Assembly: GCF_964355755.1 (NCBI RefSeq)
Contig: NC_092677.1
Span: 12,050,101-12,114,100, forward strand
Direction of reading: 5' to 3'
DNA length: 64,000 nucleotides
Source of the DNA: Antedon mediterranea
Taxonomy: Eukaryota > Animalia > Echinodermata
Part shown: positions 38,524-51,610 of the stretch, piece by piece
Layout of the letters: every line of letters begins with the position of its first letter
Numbering within the stretch: position 1 is the first letter of the stretch
Translations under genes and position numbers: made by a program
The notes under the pieces: model-generated
The model's input: the letters and a program-made list of their open reading frames with translations, nothing else
Databases searched by the model: none
What the model was told of the DNA's origin: nothing

Positions 38524-41500
38524 CCTAGCCTATCATAATATTTTTTGTGTTTCTGCCTAAGTCAGCTGTCTGACTTAGGCAATTAAGGAGAGGAGACTCA
38601 TGATTTTTTAAATAAAATAAGAAATACATTTTTATAGTATATTTTTTAACCCATTTGTTACAAATTCTTTCTCTTTTATTGCTACTTTCCTTTTCTAAAA
38701 TCATCAGTGTTAATTTCAATCTGAAGAGCTAATGCTATTAAATTTTGTTACTTAAAGGTAGCATTTTTTGTATATAGATGATATCGACAGCCTCATAACA
38801 AAAGTGTCTAAGTCATAATTTTTTTGTTGTTTTCCTGCCTAACTCACTGCTTAACTCACTGCTTATATCAATATACTATATTTGTTGTGTTTCTGCCCAA
38901 ATCAGCAGTGTGACTTAGGCAATTAAGTAGAGCTGACTTATGATCTGCCTAACCCACTGCTTATATCAATATACTATATTTGTTGTGTTTCTGCCTAAGT
39001 CAGCTGTGTGACTTAGGCAATTAAGGAGAGCTGACTTATGATCTGCCTAACTCACTACTTATATCATTATACTGCCCTCTGTACATTATCTGAGTGCTTT
39101 TATTTAAATTTGCACATGCTCAGATCGTATTTTGTGTTTCTGCCTAAGTCAGCTGTGTGACTTAGGAAATTAAGGAGAGGAGACTCATGATTTTTTAAAT
39201 AAAATAAGAAATACATTTTTATAGTATATTTTTTAACTCATTTGTTACAAATTCTTTCTCTTTTATTGCTACTTTCCTTGACTAAATTCATCAGTGTTAA
39301 TTTTAATCTGAAGAGCTGATGCTATTAAATTTTGTTACTTAAAGGTAGCACTTTTTGTATATAGATGATATCGACAGCCTCATAACAAAAGTGTCTAAGA
39401 CATAATTTTTTTGTTGTTTTTCTGCCTAACTCACTGCTTATATCAATATACTATATTTGTTGTGTTTCTGCCCAAGGCAGCTGTGTGACTTCGACAATTA
39501 AGGAGAGCTGACTTATGATCTGCCTAACTCACTGCTTTTATCAATATACTATATTGTTTGTGTTTCTGCCTAAGTCAGCTGTGTGACTTAGGCAATTAAG
39601 GAGAGCTGACTTATGATCTGCCTAACTCACTGCTAATTATATCTTTATACTGCTGCCCTCTGTACATTATCTGAGTGCTTTTATATACATTTGCACATGC
39701 TCAGATCGTTTTTTTGTGTTTCTGCCTAAGTCAGCTGTGTGACTTAGGCAATTAAGGAGAGCTGACTTATGATCTGCCTAACTCACTGCTTATATCATTA
39801 TACTGCCCTCTGTACATTATCTGAGTGCTTTTATATACATTTGCACATGCTCAGATCGTTTTTTGTGTTTCTGCCTAAGTCAGTTGTGTGACTTAGGCAA
39901 TTAAGGAGAGGAGACTCATGATTGTTTTAGTAAAATAAGAAATACATTTTTATAGTATATTTTTTAACCCATTTGTTACAAATTCTTTCTCTTTTATTGC
40001 TACTTTCCTTGACTAAATTCATCAGTGTTAATTTTAATCTGAAGAGCTGATGCTATTAAATTTTGTTACTTAAAGGTAGCATTTTTTGTATATAGATGAT
40101 ATCGACAGCCTCATAACAAAAGTGTTTAAGTCATAATTTTTTTTTCTGCCTAAATCACTGCTTATATCAATATACTATATATTTTGTGTTTCTGCCTAAG
40201 TCAGCTGTGTGACTTAGGCAATTAAGGAGAGCTGACTTATGATCTGCCTAACTCGCTGCTTATATCATTATACTGCCCTCTGTACATTATCTGAGTGCTT
40301 TTATATACATTTGCACATGCTCAGATCGTTTTTTGTGTTTCTGCCTAAGTCAGCTGTGTGACTTAGGCAATTAAGGAGAGCTGACTTATGATCTGCCTAA
40401 CTCACTGCTTATATCATTATAGTGCCCTTTGTACATTATCTGAGTGCTTTTATATACATTTGCACATGCTCAGATCGTTTTTTGTGTTTCTGCCTAAGTC
40501 AGCTGTGTGACTTAGGCAATTAAGGAGAGCTGACTTATGATCTGCCTAAATCACTGCTTATATCAATATACTATATATTTTGTGTTTCTGCCTAAGTCAG
40601 CTGTGTGACTTAGGCAATTAAGGAGAGCTGACTTATGATCTGCCTAACTCGCTGCTTATATCATTATACTGCCCTCTGTACATTATCTGAGTGCTTTTAT
40701 ATACATTTGCACATGCTCAGATCGTTTTTTGTGTTTCTGCCTAAGTCAGCTGTGTGACTTAGGCAATTAAGTAGAGGAGACTCATGATTTTTTAAATACA
40801 ATAAGAAATACATTTTTATAGTATATTTTTTAACCCATTTGTTACAAATTCTTTCTCTTTTATTGCTACTTTCCTTTTCTAAAATCATCAGTGTTAATTT
40901 TAATCTGAAGAGCTGATGCTATTAAATTTTGTTACTTAAAGGTAGCATTTTTTGTATATAAATGATATCGACAGCCTCATAACAAAAGTTTCTAAGTCAT
41001 AATTTTGTTTTTGTTTTTCTGCCTTACTCACTGCTTATATCAATATACTATATATTTTGTGTTTCTGCCTAAGTCAGCTGTGTGACTTAGGCAATTAAGG
41101 AGAGCTGACTTATGATCTGCCTAACTCACTGCTTATATCATTATAGTGCCCTTTGTACATTATCTGAGTGCTTTTATATACATTTGCACATGCTCAGATC
41201 GTTTTTGTGTTTCTGCCTAAGTCACACAGCTGACTTAGGCAATTAAGGAGAGCTGACTTATGATCTGCCTAACTCACTGCTTATATCAATATACTATATT
41301 TTTTGTGTTTCTGCCTAAGTCAGCTGTGTGACTTAGGCGATTAAGGAGAGCTGACTTATGATCTGCCTAACTCACTGCTAATTATATCTTTATACTGCTG
41401 CCCTCTGTACATTATCTGAGTGCTTTTATATACATTTGCACATGCTCAGATCGTTTTTTTTTGTGTTTCTGCCTAAGTCAGCTGTGTGACTTAGGCAATT

Positions 41501-44500
41501 AAGGAGAGCTGACTTATGATCTGCCTAACTCACTGCTAATTATATCTTTATACTGCTGCCCTCTGTACATTATCTGAGTGCTTTTATATACATTTGCACA
41601 TGCTCAGATCGTTTTTTTGTGTTTCTGCCTAAGTCAGCTGTGTGACTTAGGCAATTAAGTAGAGGAGACTCATGATTTTTTAAATACAATAAGAAATACA
41701 TTTTTATAGTATATTTTTTAACCCATTTGTTACAAATTCTTTCTCTTTTATTGCTACTTTCCTTTTCTAAAATCATCAGTGTTAATTTTAATCTGAAGAG
41801 CTGATGCTATTAAATTTTGTTACTTAAAGGTAGCATTTTTTGTATATAAATGATATCGACAGCCTCATAACAAAAGTTTCTAAGTCATAATTTTGTTTTT
41901 GTTTTTCTGCCTTACTCACTGCTTATATCAATATACTATATATTTTGTGTTTCTGCCTAAGTCAGCTGTGTGACTTAGGCAATTAAGGAGAGCTGACTTA
42001 TGATCTGCCTAACTCACTGCTTATATCATTATAGTGCCCTTTGTACATTATCTGAGTGCTTTTATATACATTTGCACATGCTCAGATCGTTTTTTGTGTT
42101 TCTGCCTAAGTCAGCTGTGTGACTTAGGCAATTAAGGAGAGGAGACTCATGATTGTTTTAGTAAAATAAGAAATACATTTTTATAGTATATTTTTTAACC
42201 CATTTGTTACAAATTCTTTCTCTTTTATTGCTACTTTCCTTGACTAAATTCATCAGTGTTAATTTTAATCTGAAGAGCTGATGCTATTAAATTTTGTTAC
42301 TTAAAGGTAGCATTTTTTGTTACTTAAAGGTAGCATTTTTTGTATATAGATGATATCGACAGCCTCATAACAAAAGTGTTTAAGTCATAATTTTTTTTTC
42401 TGCCTAAATCACTGCTTATATCAATATACTATATATTTTGTGTTTCTGCCTAAGTCAGCTGTGTGACTTAGGCAATTAAGGAGAGCTAACTTATGATCTG
42501 CCTAACTCGCTGCTTATATCATTATACTGCCCTCTGTACATTATCTGAGTGCTTTTATATACATTTGCACATGCTCAGATCGTTTTTTGTGTTTCTGCCT
42601 AAGTCAGCTGTGTGACTTAGGCAATTAAGGAGAGGAGACTCATGATTGTTTTAGTAAAATAAGAAATACATTTTTATAGTATATTTTTTAACCCATTTGT
42701 TACAAATTCTTTCTCTTTTATTGCTACTTTCCTTGACTAAATTCATCAGTGTTAATTTTAATCTGAAGAGCTGATGCTATTAAATTTTGTTACTTAAAGG
42801 TAGCATTTTTTGTTACTTAAAGGTAGCATTTTTTGTATATAGATGATATCGACAGCCTCATAACAAAAGTGTTTAAGTCATAATTTTTTTTTCTGCCTAA
42901 ATCACTGCTTATATCAATATACTATATATTTTGTGTTTCTGCCTAAGTCAGCTGTGTGACTTAGGCAATTAAGGAGAGCTAACTTATGATCTGCCTAACT
43001 CGCTGCTTATATCATTATACTGCCCTCTGTACATTATCTGAGTGCTTTAATATACATTTGCACATGCTCAGATCGTTTTTTGTGTTTCTGTCTAAGTCAG
43101 CTGTGTGACTTAGGCAATTAAGTAGAGGAGACTCATGATTTTTTAAATACAATAAGAAATACATTTTTATAGTATATTTTTTAACCCATTTGTTACAAAT
43201 TCTTTCTCTTTTATTGCTACTTTCCTTTTCTAAAATCATCAGTGTTAATTTTAATCTGAAGAGCTGATGCTATTAAATTTTGTTACTTAAAGGTAGCATT
43301 TTTTGTATATAAATGATATCGACAGCCTCATAACAAAAGTTTCTAAGTCATAATTTTGTTTTTGTTTTTCTGCCTTACTCACTGCTTATATCAATATACT
43401 ATATATTTTGTGTTTCTGCCTAAGTCAGCTGTGTGACTTAGGCAATTAAGGAGAGCTGACTTATGATCTGCCTAACTCACTGCTTATATCATTATAGTGC
43501 CCTTTGTACATTATCTGAGTGCTTTTATATACATTTGCACATGCTCAGATCGTTTTTTTGTGTTTCTGCCTAAGTCAGCTGTGTGACTTAGGCAATTAAG
43601 GAGAGGAGACTCATGATTGTTTTAGTAAAATAAGAAATACATTTTTATAGTATATTTTTTAACCCATTTGTTACAAATTCTTTCTCTTTTATTGCTACTT
43701 TCCTTGACTAAATTCATCAGTGTTAATTTTAATCTGAAGAGCTGATGCTATTAAATTTTGTTACTTAAAGGTAGCATTTTTTGTTACTTAAAGGTAGCAT
43801 TTTTTGTATATAGATGATATCGACAGCCTCATAACAAAAGTGTTTAAGTCATAATTTTTTTTTCTGCCTAAATCACTGCTTATATCAATATACTATATAT
43901 TTTGTGTTTCTGCCTAAGTCAGCTGTGTGACTTAGGCAATTAAGGAGAGCTGACTTATGATCTGCCTAACTCGCTGCTTATATCATTATACTGCCCTCTG
44001 TACATTATCTGAGTGCTTTTATATACATTTGCACATGCTCAGATCGTTTTTTGTGTTTCTGCCTAAGTCAGCTGTGTGACTTAGGCAATTAAGGAGAGCT
44101 GACTTATGATCTGCCTAACTCACTGCTTATATCATTATAGTGCCCTTTGTACATTATCTGAGTGCTTTTATATACATTTGCACATGCTCAGATCGTTTTT
44201 TTTTTGTGTTTCTGCCTAAGTCAGCTGTGTGACTTAGGCAATTAAGGAGAGCTGACTTATGATCTGCCTAACTCACTGCTTATATCAATATACTATATTT
44301 TTTGTGTTGCTGCCTAAGTCAGCTGTGTGACTTAGGCAATTAAGGAGAGCTGACTTATGATCTGCCTAACTCACTGCTAATTATATCTTTATACTGCTGC
44401 CCTCTGTACATTATCTGAGTGCTTTTATATACATTTGCACATGCTCAGATCGTTTTTTTGTGTTTCTGCCTAAGTCAGCTGTGTGACTTAGGCAATTAAG

Positions 44501-47500
44501 TAGAGGAGACTCATAATTTTTTAAATACAATAAGAAATACATTTTTATAGTATATTTTTTAACCCATTTGTTACAAATTCTTTCTCTTTTATTGCTACTT
44601 TCCTTTTCTAAAATCATCAGTGTTAATTTTAATCTGAAGAGCTGATGCTATTAAATTTTGTTACTTAAAGGTAGCATTTTTGTATATAAATGATATCGAC
44701 AGCCTCATAACAAAAGTTTCTAAGTCATAATTTTGTTTTTGTTTTTCTGCCTTACTCACTGCTTATATCAATATACAATATATTTTGTGTTTCTGCCTAA
44801 GTCAGCTGTGTGACTTAGGCAATTAAGGAGAGCTGACTTATGATCTGCCTAACTCGCTGCTTATATCATTATACTGCCCTCTGTACATTATCTGAGTGCT
44901 TTAATATACATTTGCACATGCTCAGATCGTTTTTTGTGTTTCTGCCTAAGTCAGCTGTGTGACTTAGGCAATTAAGGAGAGCTGACTTATGATCTGCCTA
45001 ACTCACTGCTTATATCATTATAGTGCCCTTTGTACATTATCTGAGTGCTTTTATATACATTTGCACATGCTCAGATCGTTTTTTGTGTTTCTGCCTAAGT
45101 CAGGTGTGTGTCTTAGGCAATTAAGGAGAGCTGACTTATGATCTGCCTAACTCACTGCTTATATCAATATACTATATTTTTTGTGTTTCTGCCTAAGTCA
45201 GCTGTGTGACTTAGGCAATTAAGGAGAGCTGACTTATGATCTGCCTAACTCACTGCTAATTATATCTTTATACTGCTGCCCTCTGTACATTATCTGAGTG
45301 CTTTTATATACATTTGCACATGCTCAGATCGTTTTTTTGTGTTTCTGCCTAAGTCACCTGTGTGACTTAGGCAATTAAGTAGAGGAGACTCATGATTTTT
45401 TAAATACAATAAGAAATACATTTTTTATAGTATATTTTTTAACCCATTTGTTACAAATTCTTTCTCTTTTATTGCTACCTTCCTTTTCTAAAATCATCAG
45501 TGTTAATTTTAATCTGAAGAGCTGATGCTATTAAATTTTTTTACTTAAAGGTAGCATTTTTGTATATAAATGATATCGACAGCCTCATAACAAAAGTTTC
45601 TAAGTCATAATTTTGTTTTTGTTTTTCTGCCTTACTCACTGATTATATCAATATACTATATATTTTGTGTTTCTGCCTAAGTCAGCTGTGTGACTTAGGC
45701 AATTAAGGAAAGCTGACTTATGATCTGCCTAACTCGCTGCTTATATCATTATACTGCCCTCTGTACATTATCTGAGTGCTTTTATATACATTTGCACATG
45801 CTCAGATCGTTTTTTGTGTTTCTGCCTAAGTCAGCTGTGTGACTTAGGCAATTAAGGAGAGCTAACTTATGATCTGCCTAACTCACTGCTTATGTCATTA
45901 TAGTGCCCTTTGTACATTATCTGAGTGCTTTTATATACATTTGCACATGCTCAGATCGTTTTTTGTGTTTCTGTGTGACTTTGGCAATTAAGGAGAGCAG
46001 ACTTATGATCTGCCTAACTCACTGCTTATATCAATATACTATATTTTTTGTGTTTCTGCCTAAGTCAGCTGTGTGACTTAGGCAATTAAGGAGAGCTGAC
46101 TTATGATCTGCCTAACTCACTGCTAATTATATCTTTATACTGCTGCCCTCTGTACATTATCTGAGTGCTTTTATATACATTTGCACATGCTCAGATCGTT
46201 TTTTTGTGTTTCTGCCTAAGTCAGCTGTGTGACTTAGGCAATTAAGTAGAGGAGACTCATGATTTTTTAAATACAATAAGAAATACATTTTTATAGTATA
46301 TTTTTTAACCCATTTGTTACAAATTCTTTCTCTTTTTTGCTACTTTCCTTTTCTAAAATAATCAGTGTTAATTTTAATCTGAAGAGCTGATGCTATTAAA
46401 TTTTGTTACTTAAAGGTAGCATTTTTGTATATAAATGATATCGACAGCCTCATAACAAAAGTTTCTAAGTCATAATTTTGTTTTTGTTTTTCTGCCTTAC
46501 TCACTACTTATATCAATATACAATATATTTTGTGTTTCTGCCTAAGTCAGCTGTGTGACTTAGGCAATTAAGGAGAGCTGACTTATGATCTGCCTAACTA
46601 ACTGCTTATATCATTATAGTGCCCTTTGTACATTATCTGAGTGCTTTTATATACATTTGCACATGCTTAGATCGTTTTTTGTGTTTCTGCCTAAGTCAGC
46701 TGTGTGACTTAGGCAATTAAGGAGAGCTGACTTATTATCTGCCTAACTCACTGCTTATATCATTATAGTGCCCTTTGTACATTATCTGAGTGCTTTTATA
46801 TACATTTGCACATGGTCAGATCGTTTTTTTGTGTTTCTGCCTAAGTCAGCTGTGTGACTTAGGCAATTAAGGAGAGCTGACTTATGATCTGCCTAACTCA
46901 CTGCTTATATCAATATACTATATTTTTTGTGTTTCTGCCTAAGTCAGCTGTGTGACTTAGGCAATTAAGGAGAGCTGACTTATGATCTGCCTAACTCACT
47001 GCTAATTATATCTTTATACTGCTGCCCTCTGTAAATTATCTGAGTGCTTTTATATACATTTGCACATGCTCAGATCGTTTTTTTGTGTTTCTGCCTAAGT
47101 AAGCTGTGTGACTTAGGCAATTAAGTAGAGGAGATTCATGATTTTTTAAATACAATAAGAAATACATTTTGATAGTATATTTTTTAACCCATTTGTTACA
47201 AATTCTTTCTCTTTTATTGCTACTTTCCTTTTCTAAAATCATCAGTGTTAATTTTAATCTGAAGAGCTGATGCTATTAAATTTTGTTACTTAAAGGTAGC
47301 ATTTTTTGTATATAAATGATATCGACAGCCTCATAACAAAAGTTTCTAAGTCATAATTTTGTTTTTGTTTTTCTGCCTTACTCACTGCTTATATCAATAT
47401 ACTATATATTTTGTGTTTCTGCCTAAGTCAGCTGTGTGACTTAGGCAATTAAGGAGAGCTGACTTATGATCTGCCTAACTCACTGCTTATATCATTATAG

Positions 47501-48233
47501 TGCCCTTTGTACATTATCTGAGTGCTTTTATATACATTTGCACATGCTCAGATCGTTTTTTGTGTTTCTGCCTAAGTCAGCTGTGTGACTTAGGCAATTA
47601 AGGAGAGGAGACTCATGATTGTTTTAGTAAAATAAGAAATACATTTTTATAGTATATTTTTTAACCCATTTGTTACAAATTCTTTCTCTTTTATTGCTAC
47701 TTTCCTTGACTAAATTCATCAGTGTTAATTTTAATCTGAAGAGCTGATGCTACTAAATTTTGTTACTTAAAGGTAGCATTTTTTGTATATAGATGATATC
47801 GACAGCCTCATAACAAAAGTGTGTAAGACATAATTTTTTTTGTTGTTTTTCTGCCTAACTCACTGCTTATATCAATATACTATATTTGTTGTGTTTCTGC
47901 CCAATTCAGCTGTGTGACTTCGGCAATTAAGGAGCTGACTTATGATCTGCCTAACTCACTGCTTATATCAATATACTATATTTTTTGTGTTTCTGCCTAA
48001 GTCAGCTGTGTGACTTAGGCAATTAAGGAGAGGAGACTTATGATTTTTTAAATAAAATAAGAAATACATTTTTATAGTATGTTTTTTAACCCATTTGTTA
48101 CAAATTCTTTCTCTTTTATTGCTACTTTCCTTTTCTGAAATCATCAGTGTTAATTTTAATCTGAAGAGCTGATGCTATTAAATTTTGTTACTTAAAGGTA
48201 GCATTTTTTTGTATATAAATGATATCGACAGCC
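38524..48233. repeat. Modular higher-order satellite 2 (~50 palindromic cores; modules ~98, ~149, ~155, ~320-345 bp)
   Basis: core tgtgtttctgcctaagtcagctgtgtgacttaggcaattaag recurs about 50 times, each followed by one of four module types. Confidence 0.95.
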
Positions 48234-48485
48234 CATGTCCATTGGCTATAGTAATTACTTTTGACATAAATGGTTACTATAACATAATAACGATGCGCAG
48301 AGACGAATAATGAGTTCTGCGCATGCCTATTGTGCTATAGTAACCAGTTTAATCGAAAAATAAAAAGGTCGAAAATTGTTTTTTTTTTTATAAATATTCC
48401 TGTACTATAGTACAGGGAAATTTTCGAAAAATCGCCAATTTTCGACCTTTTAATTTTTGACATAAATGGTTATTATAGCATTATA
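48234..48485. repeat. Satellite 1, middle part
   Basis: same units resume directly after satellite 2. Confidence 0.9.
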
Positions 48486-50705
48486 CTAAGCAGCAACCAG
48501 TAGCGGGGAATAATTCAGAATTGTGAAGTAATAACCAGTGTAGATATTGCAAGTGACCATAGAATTGTCAGGGCAACTCTCAAAATCAACAAAAGACTAG
48601 CCAGGCTGAAGTTTATCCAAAATAAAAAGAAGAGAAGAATTAAGATCATGAAGTTGAAAGAGAATAGAGAGGAATTTCAACTAAAAATAAAAAACCGCTT
48701 CGCAGGGTTGGAGTTGGAAGAGTCGGATATTGATGAGCAATGTAATATGGTGACAACCATTATGTTAGAAGAAGCCAGAGCTGTAGCTCCAGCAGAAAAA
48801 TAAAGGTCCAAAGATCGGAGGAGGATAAAGAAATAGAGGAATTAGATCAAAGAAGGAAAGAACTTAGATTAAAGGAAACAATGTCTGTACATGAAAAGGT
48901 GGAATATGCCGAAGTAGTGAAAACAGTGAAGAAGAAGCGCAGACAAAGAAAGAGGCGGAGAACTGCTAAATTCATCTTAGAATCACTGGAAAGAGGAAGG
49001 GGGCCAAAAAGACAATACAAAAAAAAAGCAATGCAAAAAATCTAGAATGAGTAAACTAAAGAAAAAAGATGGAACTGAAACTTCAAAGAGATCTGAACTG
49101 CTAGATATTTGTGCAGATTTCTACCAAGATCTCTACAAATCATCAACCCAACAGTCTGAACATATAAACATTTCATCAAGAAATACAGATATACCACCGA
49201 TACTGGAAAAAGAAGTGGAGGAAGCATTAAAGAGCATGAAGGATAATAAAGCACCAGGAAACGATGAACTTACAAGCGACATCATCAAGCAAGGAGGGGA
49301 GGAGATAATCCAACAGCTAATAAAACTTTTCAACCAAATCTTAGTGCTACAGAAGATACCAAGAGCATGGAAAGAAGCCAAGATCATTCTTTTGTTCAAG
49401 AAAGGGGACAAAGCAGATGTTAAAAACTACCGTCCCATTAGCCTCTTGTCTCATCTGTACAAAATCTTCACTAAAATAATCCATAACAGAATAAGAGATG
49501 TTTTAGACAACAACCAACCTAGAGAACAAGCAGGTTTCAGAGCAGGGTACTCGACAATAGATCATCTACAAGCAATAAACCAGCTAATTGAAAAGGCAAG
49601 TGAATACCAACTCAAACTCTGTCTTGGCTTTGTGGATTACCAAAAGGCATTCGATTCTATTGATCATTTGGATATGTTTGAGGCGCTCCGAAAAATAAAT
49701 GTTGATGAAGGTTACGTCAGAATCATAGAAGATATCTACACTGATGCAATAGCCAGAATCCATATTGATAATGATATATCAAGAGAGGTTCATATACAGA
49801 GGGGGGTACGACAAGGTGATACTCTGTCCCCAAAGATATTCACAGCAACCATCGAAGAAGTATTCAAAAAGGCTCAGCTTAATGGAGGTATAACTATTGA
49901 TGGAGAAATGCTTACAGACCTCCGTTTTGCGGATGACGTGGCATTGATTTCAACATCAGTTGCAGATATGAAAAACCAACTCTCAAGTCTGAATAAGGAG
50001 AGTAAATCAATCGGACTAACTATGCACAAAGACAAAACAAAATACATGACTAACTTTGACACACAGGAAGACATTTAGATAGAGGGCCGGAAAGTAGAAA
50101 AAGTGGAAGAATATAAATATCTAGGACAAACACTGAAAATGGAAGACACCACGAAGGAAGAAGTTCTGTTAAGAATAAAAGCAGGATGGATGAATTTTGG
50201 CAGACACAAACACATGTTGACTGACAAAAGTATACCAATGTCACTGAGAAAGAAATTATTTAACCAATGTGTGCTATCAAGTATGACATATGGTTCAGAG
50301 ACATGGGCAATAACAAAGGAACTCGAACAGAAACTTACAACTAATCAAAGAGCAATGGAAAGGAAGATGATGAACTTATCGCTTCGAGACAGGGTAAATC
50401 ATACAATCACAAGAAAAAAGACAGGTGTTACAGATATAATGGAGAAAGTAAGACAATCAAAATGGAGATGGGCTGGGCATGTGGCGAGATTTCAAGATAA
50501 TAGATGGACATACAGATTAACAGAATGGCAACCAAGGGTAGGAAAGAGGAAAAGAGGAAGACAAAAAAGAAGGTGGAGAGATGATCTAACAACATACATT
50601 GGAACGGCTGCATGGACTAGGACAGCAAGAATTAGACAGAAATGGAAATGTTATGAGGAGGGCTTCATTCAACAATGGATGAACTATGCCTAGATAGATA
50701 GATAG
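48486..50705 (+). mobile_element. 5'-truncated RTE-clade non-LTR retrotransposon (LINE)
   Basis: endonuclease-end SDHRIV at ~48552; RT motifs KAPGND, NYRPISLL, QAGFR, DYQKAFDS, GVRQGDTLSP, LRFADD; RTE-type RGRQKRRWRD; (GATA)n tail; 11-bp TSD atagcattata at 48475-48485 and 50706-50716. Confidence 0.93.
49047..50693 (+). pseudogene. RTE reverse transcriptase ORF, disrupted
   Basis: ORFs 49047-50078 and 50103-50693 are in the same frame, split by one TAG at 50076-50078; a further stop lies near 48800. Confidence 0.88.
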
Positions 50706-51350
50706 ATAGCATTATAAACATGCGCAAAAGGTCGAAAATTTGCGATTTTTTGAAAATATCCCTGTACTATAGTACAGGGAAATTTTCGAAAATTCGCCAA
50801 TTTTCGATCTTTTTATTTTTTTGACATAAAGCACAACAAACATGCGCAGAGTCAAATAATGCGTTCTGCACATGTCAATTGGCTATAGTAACCACTTTTG
50901 ACATAAATGGTTACTATAGCATAATAAACATGCGCAAAGTCGAATAAGGGGTCTGCGCATGTCAATTGTGCTATAGTAACCAGTTTAATCGAAAAATAAA
51001 AAGGTCGAAAATTGGTTTTATCCCTGTATTATAGTACAGTACAGGGAAATTTTAGAAAAATCGCCAATTTTCGACCTTCTTATTTCTTGACATTAATGGT
51101 TACTATAGCATTATAAACATGCGCAGAGTCGAATAATGCGTTCTGCGCATAGGTTCTGTGAAAACAGATTGTGCTATACTAACCAGTTTTATTGAAAAAT
51201 AAAAAGGTCGAAAATTGGTAGTCATTTTTTTGTAAAAATCCCTGTACTATAGTACAGAGATTTGTTTAGAAAAATGGCCAAAATACGCACATTTTAAAAT
51301 ACTATTATTATGCAATAATGTTGCTATATATGCACGAATATTGCCTTATC
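50706..51350. repeat. Satellite 1, right part
   Basis: same units; 51240-51350 resembles 36360-36470 as a direct repeat. Confidence 0.88.
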
Positions 51351-51610
51351 AGAATTAAATTCTAGTTTAAATTTTGGAATGGTCATAATCAGAAATACAA
51401 AAAGACAAACACATATGCATCCTCAATTGAATTTCTTTGTTTTGAAATCAAATTACCACAGTAGAAAACATTCAAAATATAATCAAATATGTCTTCTATA
51501 TTCAGCAGTGTCTTGTTGCAACAAAATATATTCTTGTACAACACCTCTTCAATTTAAAAAAAGAAAGAAAATAGGAAGAATTAGTATTCGGATGAAAAAA
51601 CAACAACAAA

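Noticed and set aside
40697-47242. Repeated minus-strand ORFs MILEKESSNKRERICNKW...
   Set aside because: Translations of satellite module C; broken by variable T-runs in other copies and with no domain features
38524-48233. CRISPR array (palindromic repeat plus spacers)
   Set aside because: The spacers are only four recurring modules of very unequal length, there are no cas genes, and the context is eukaryotic
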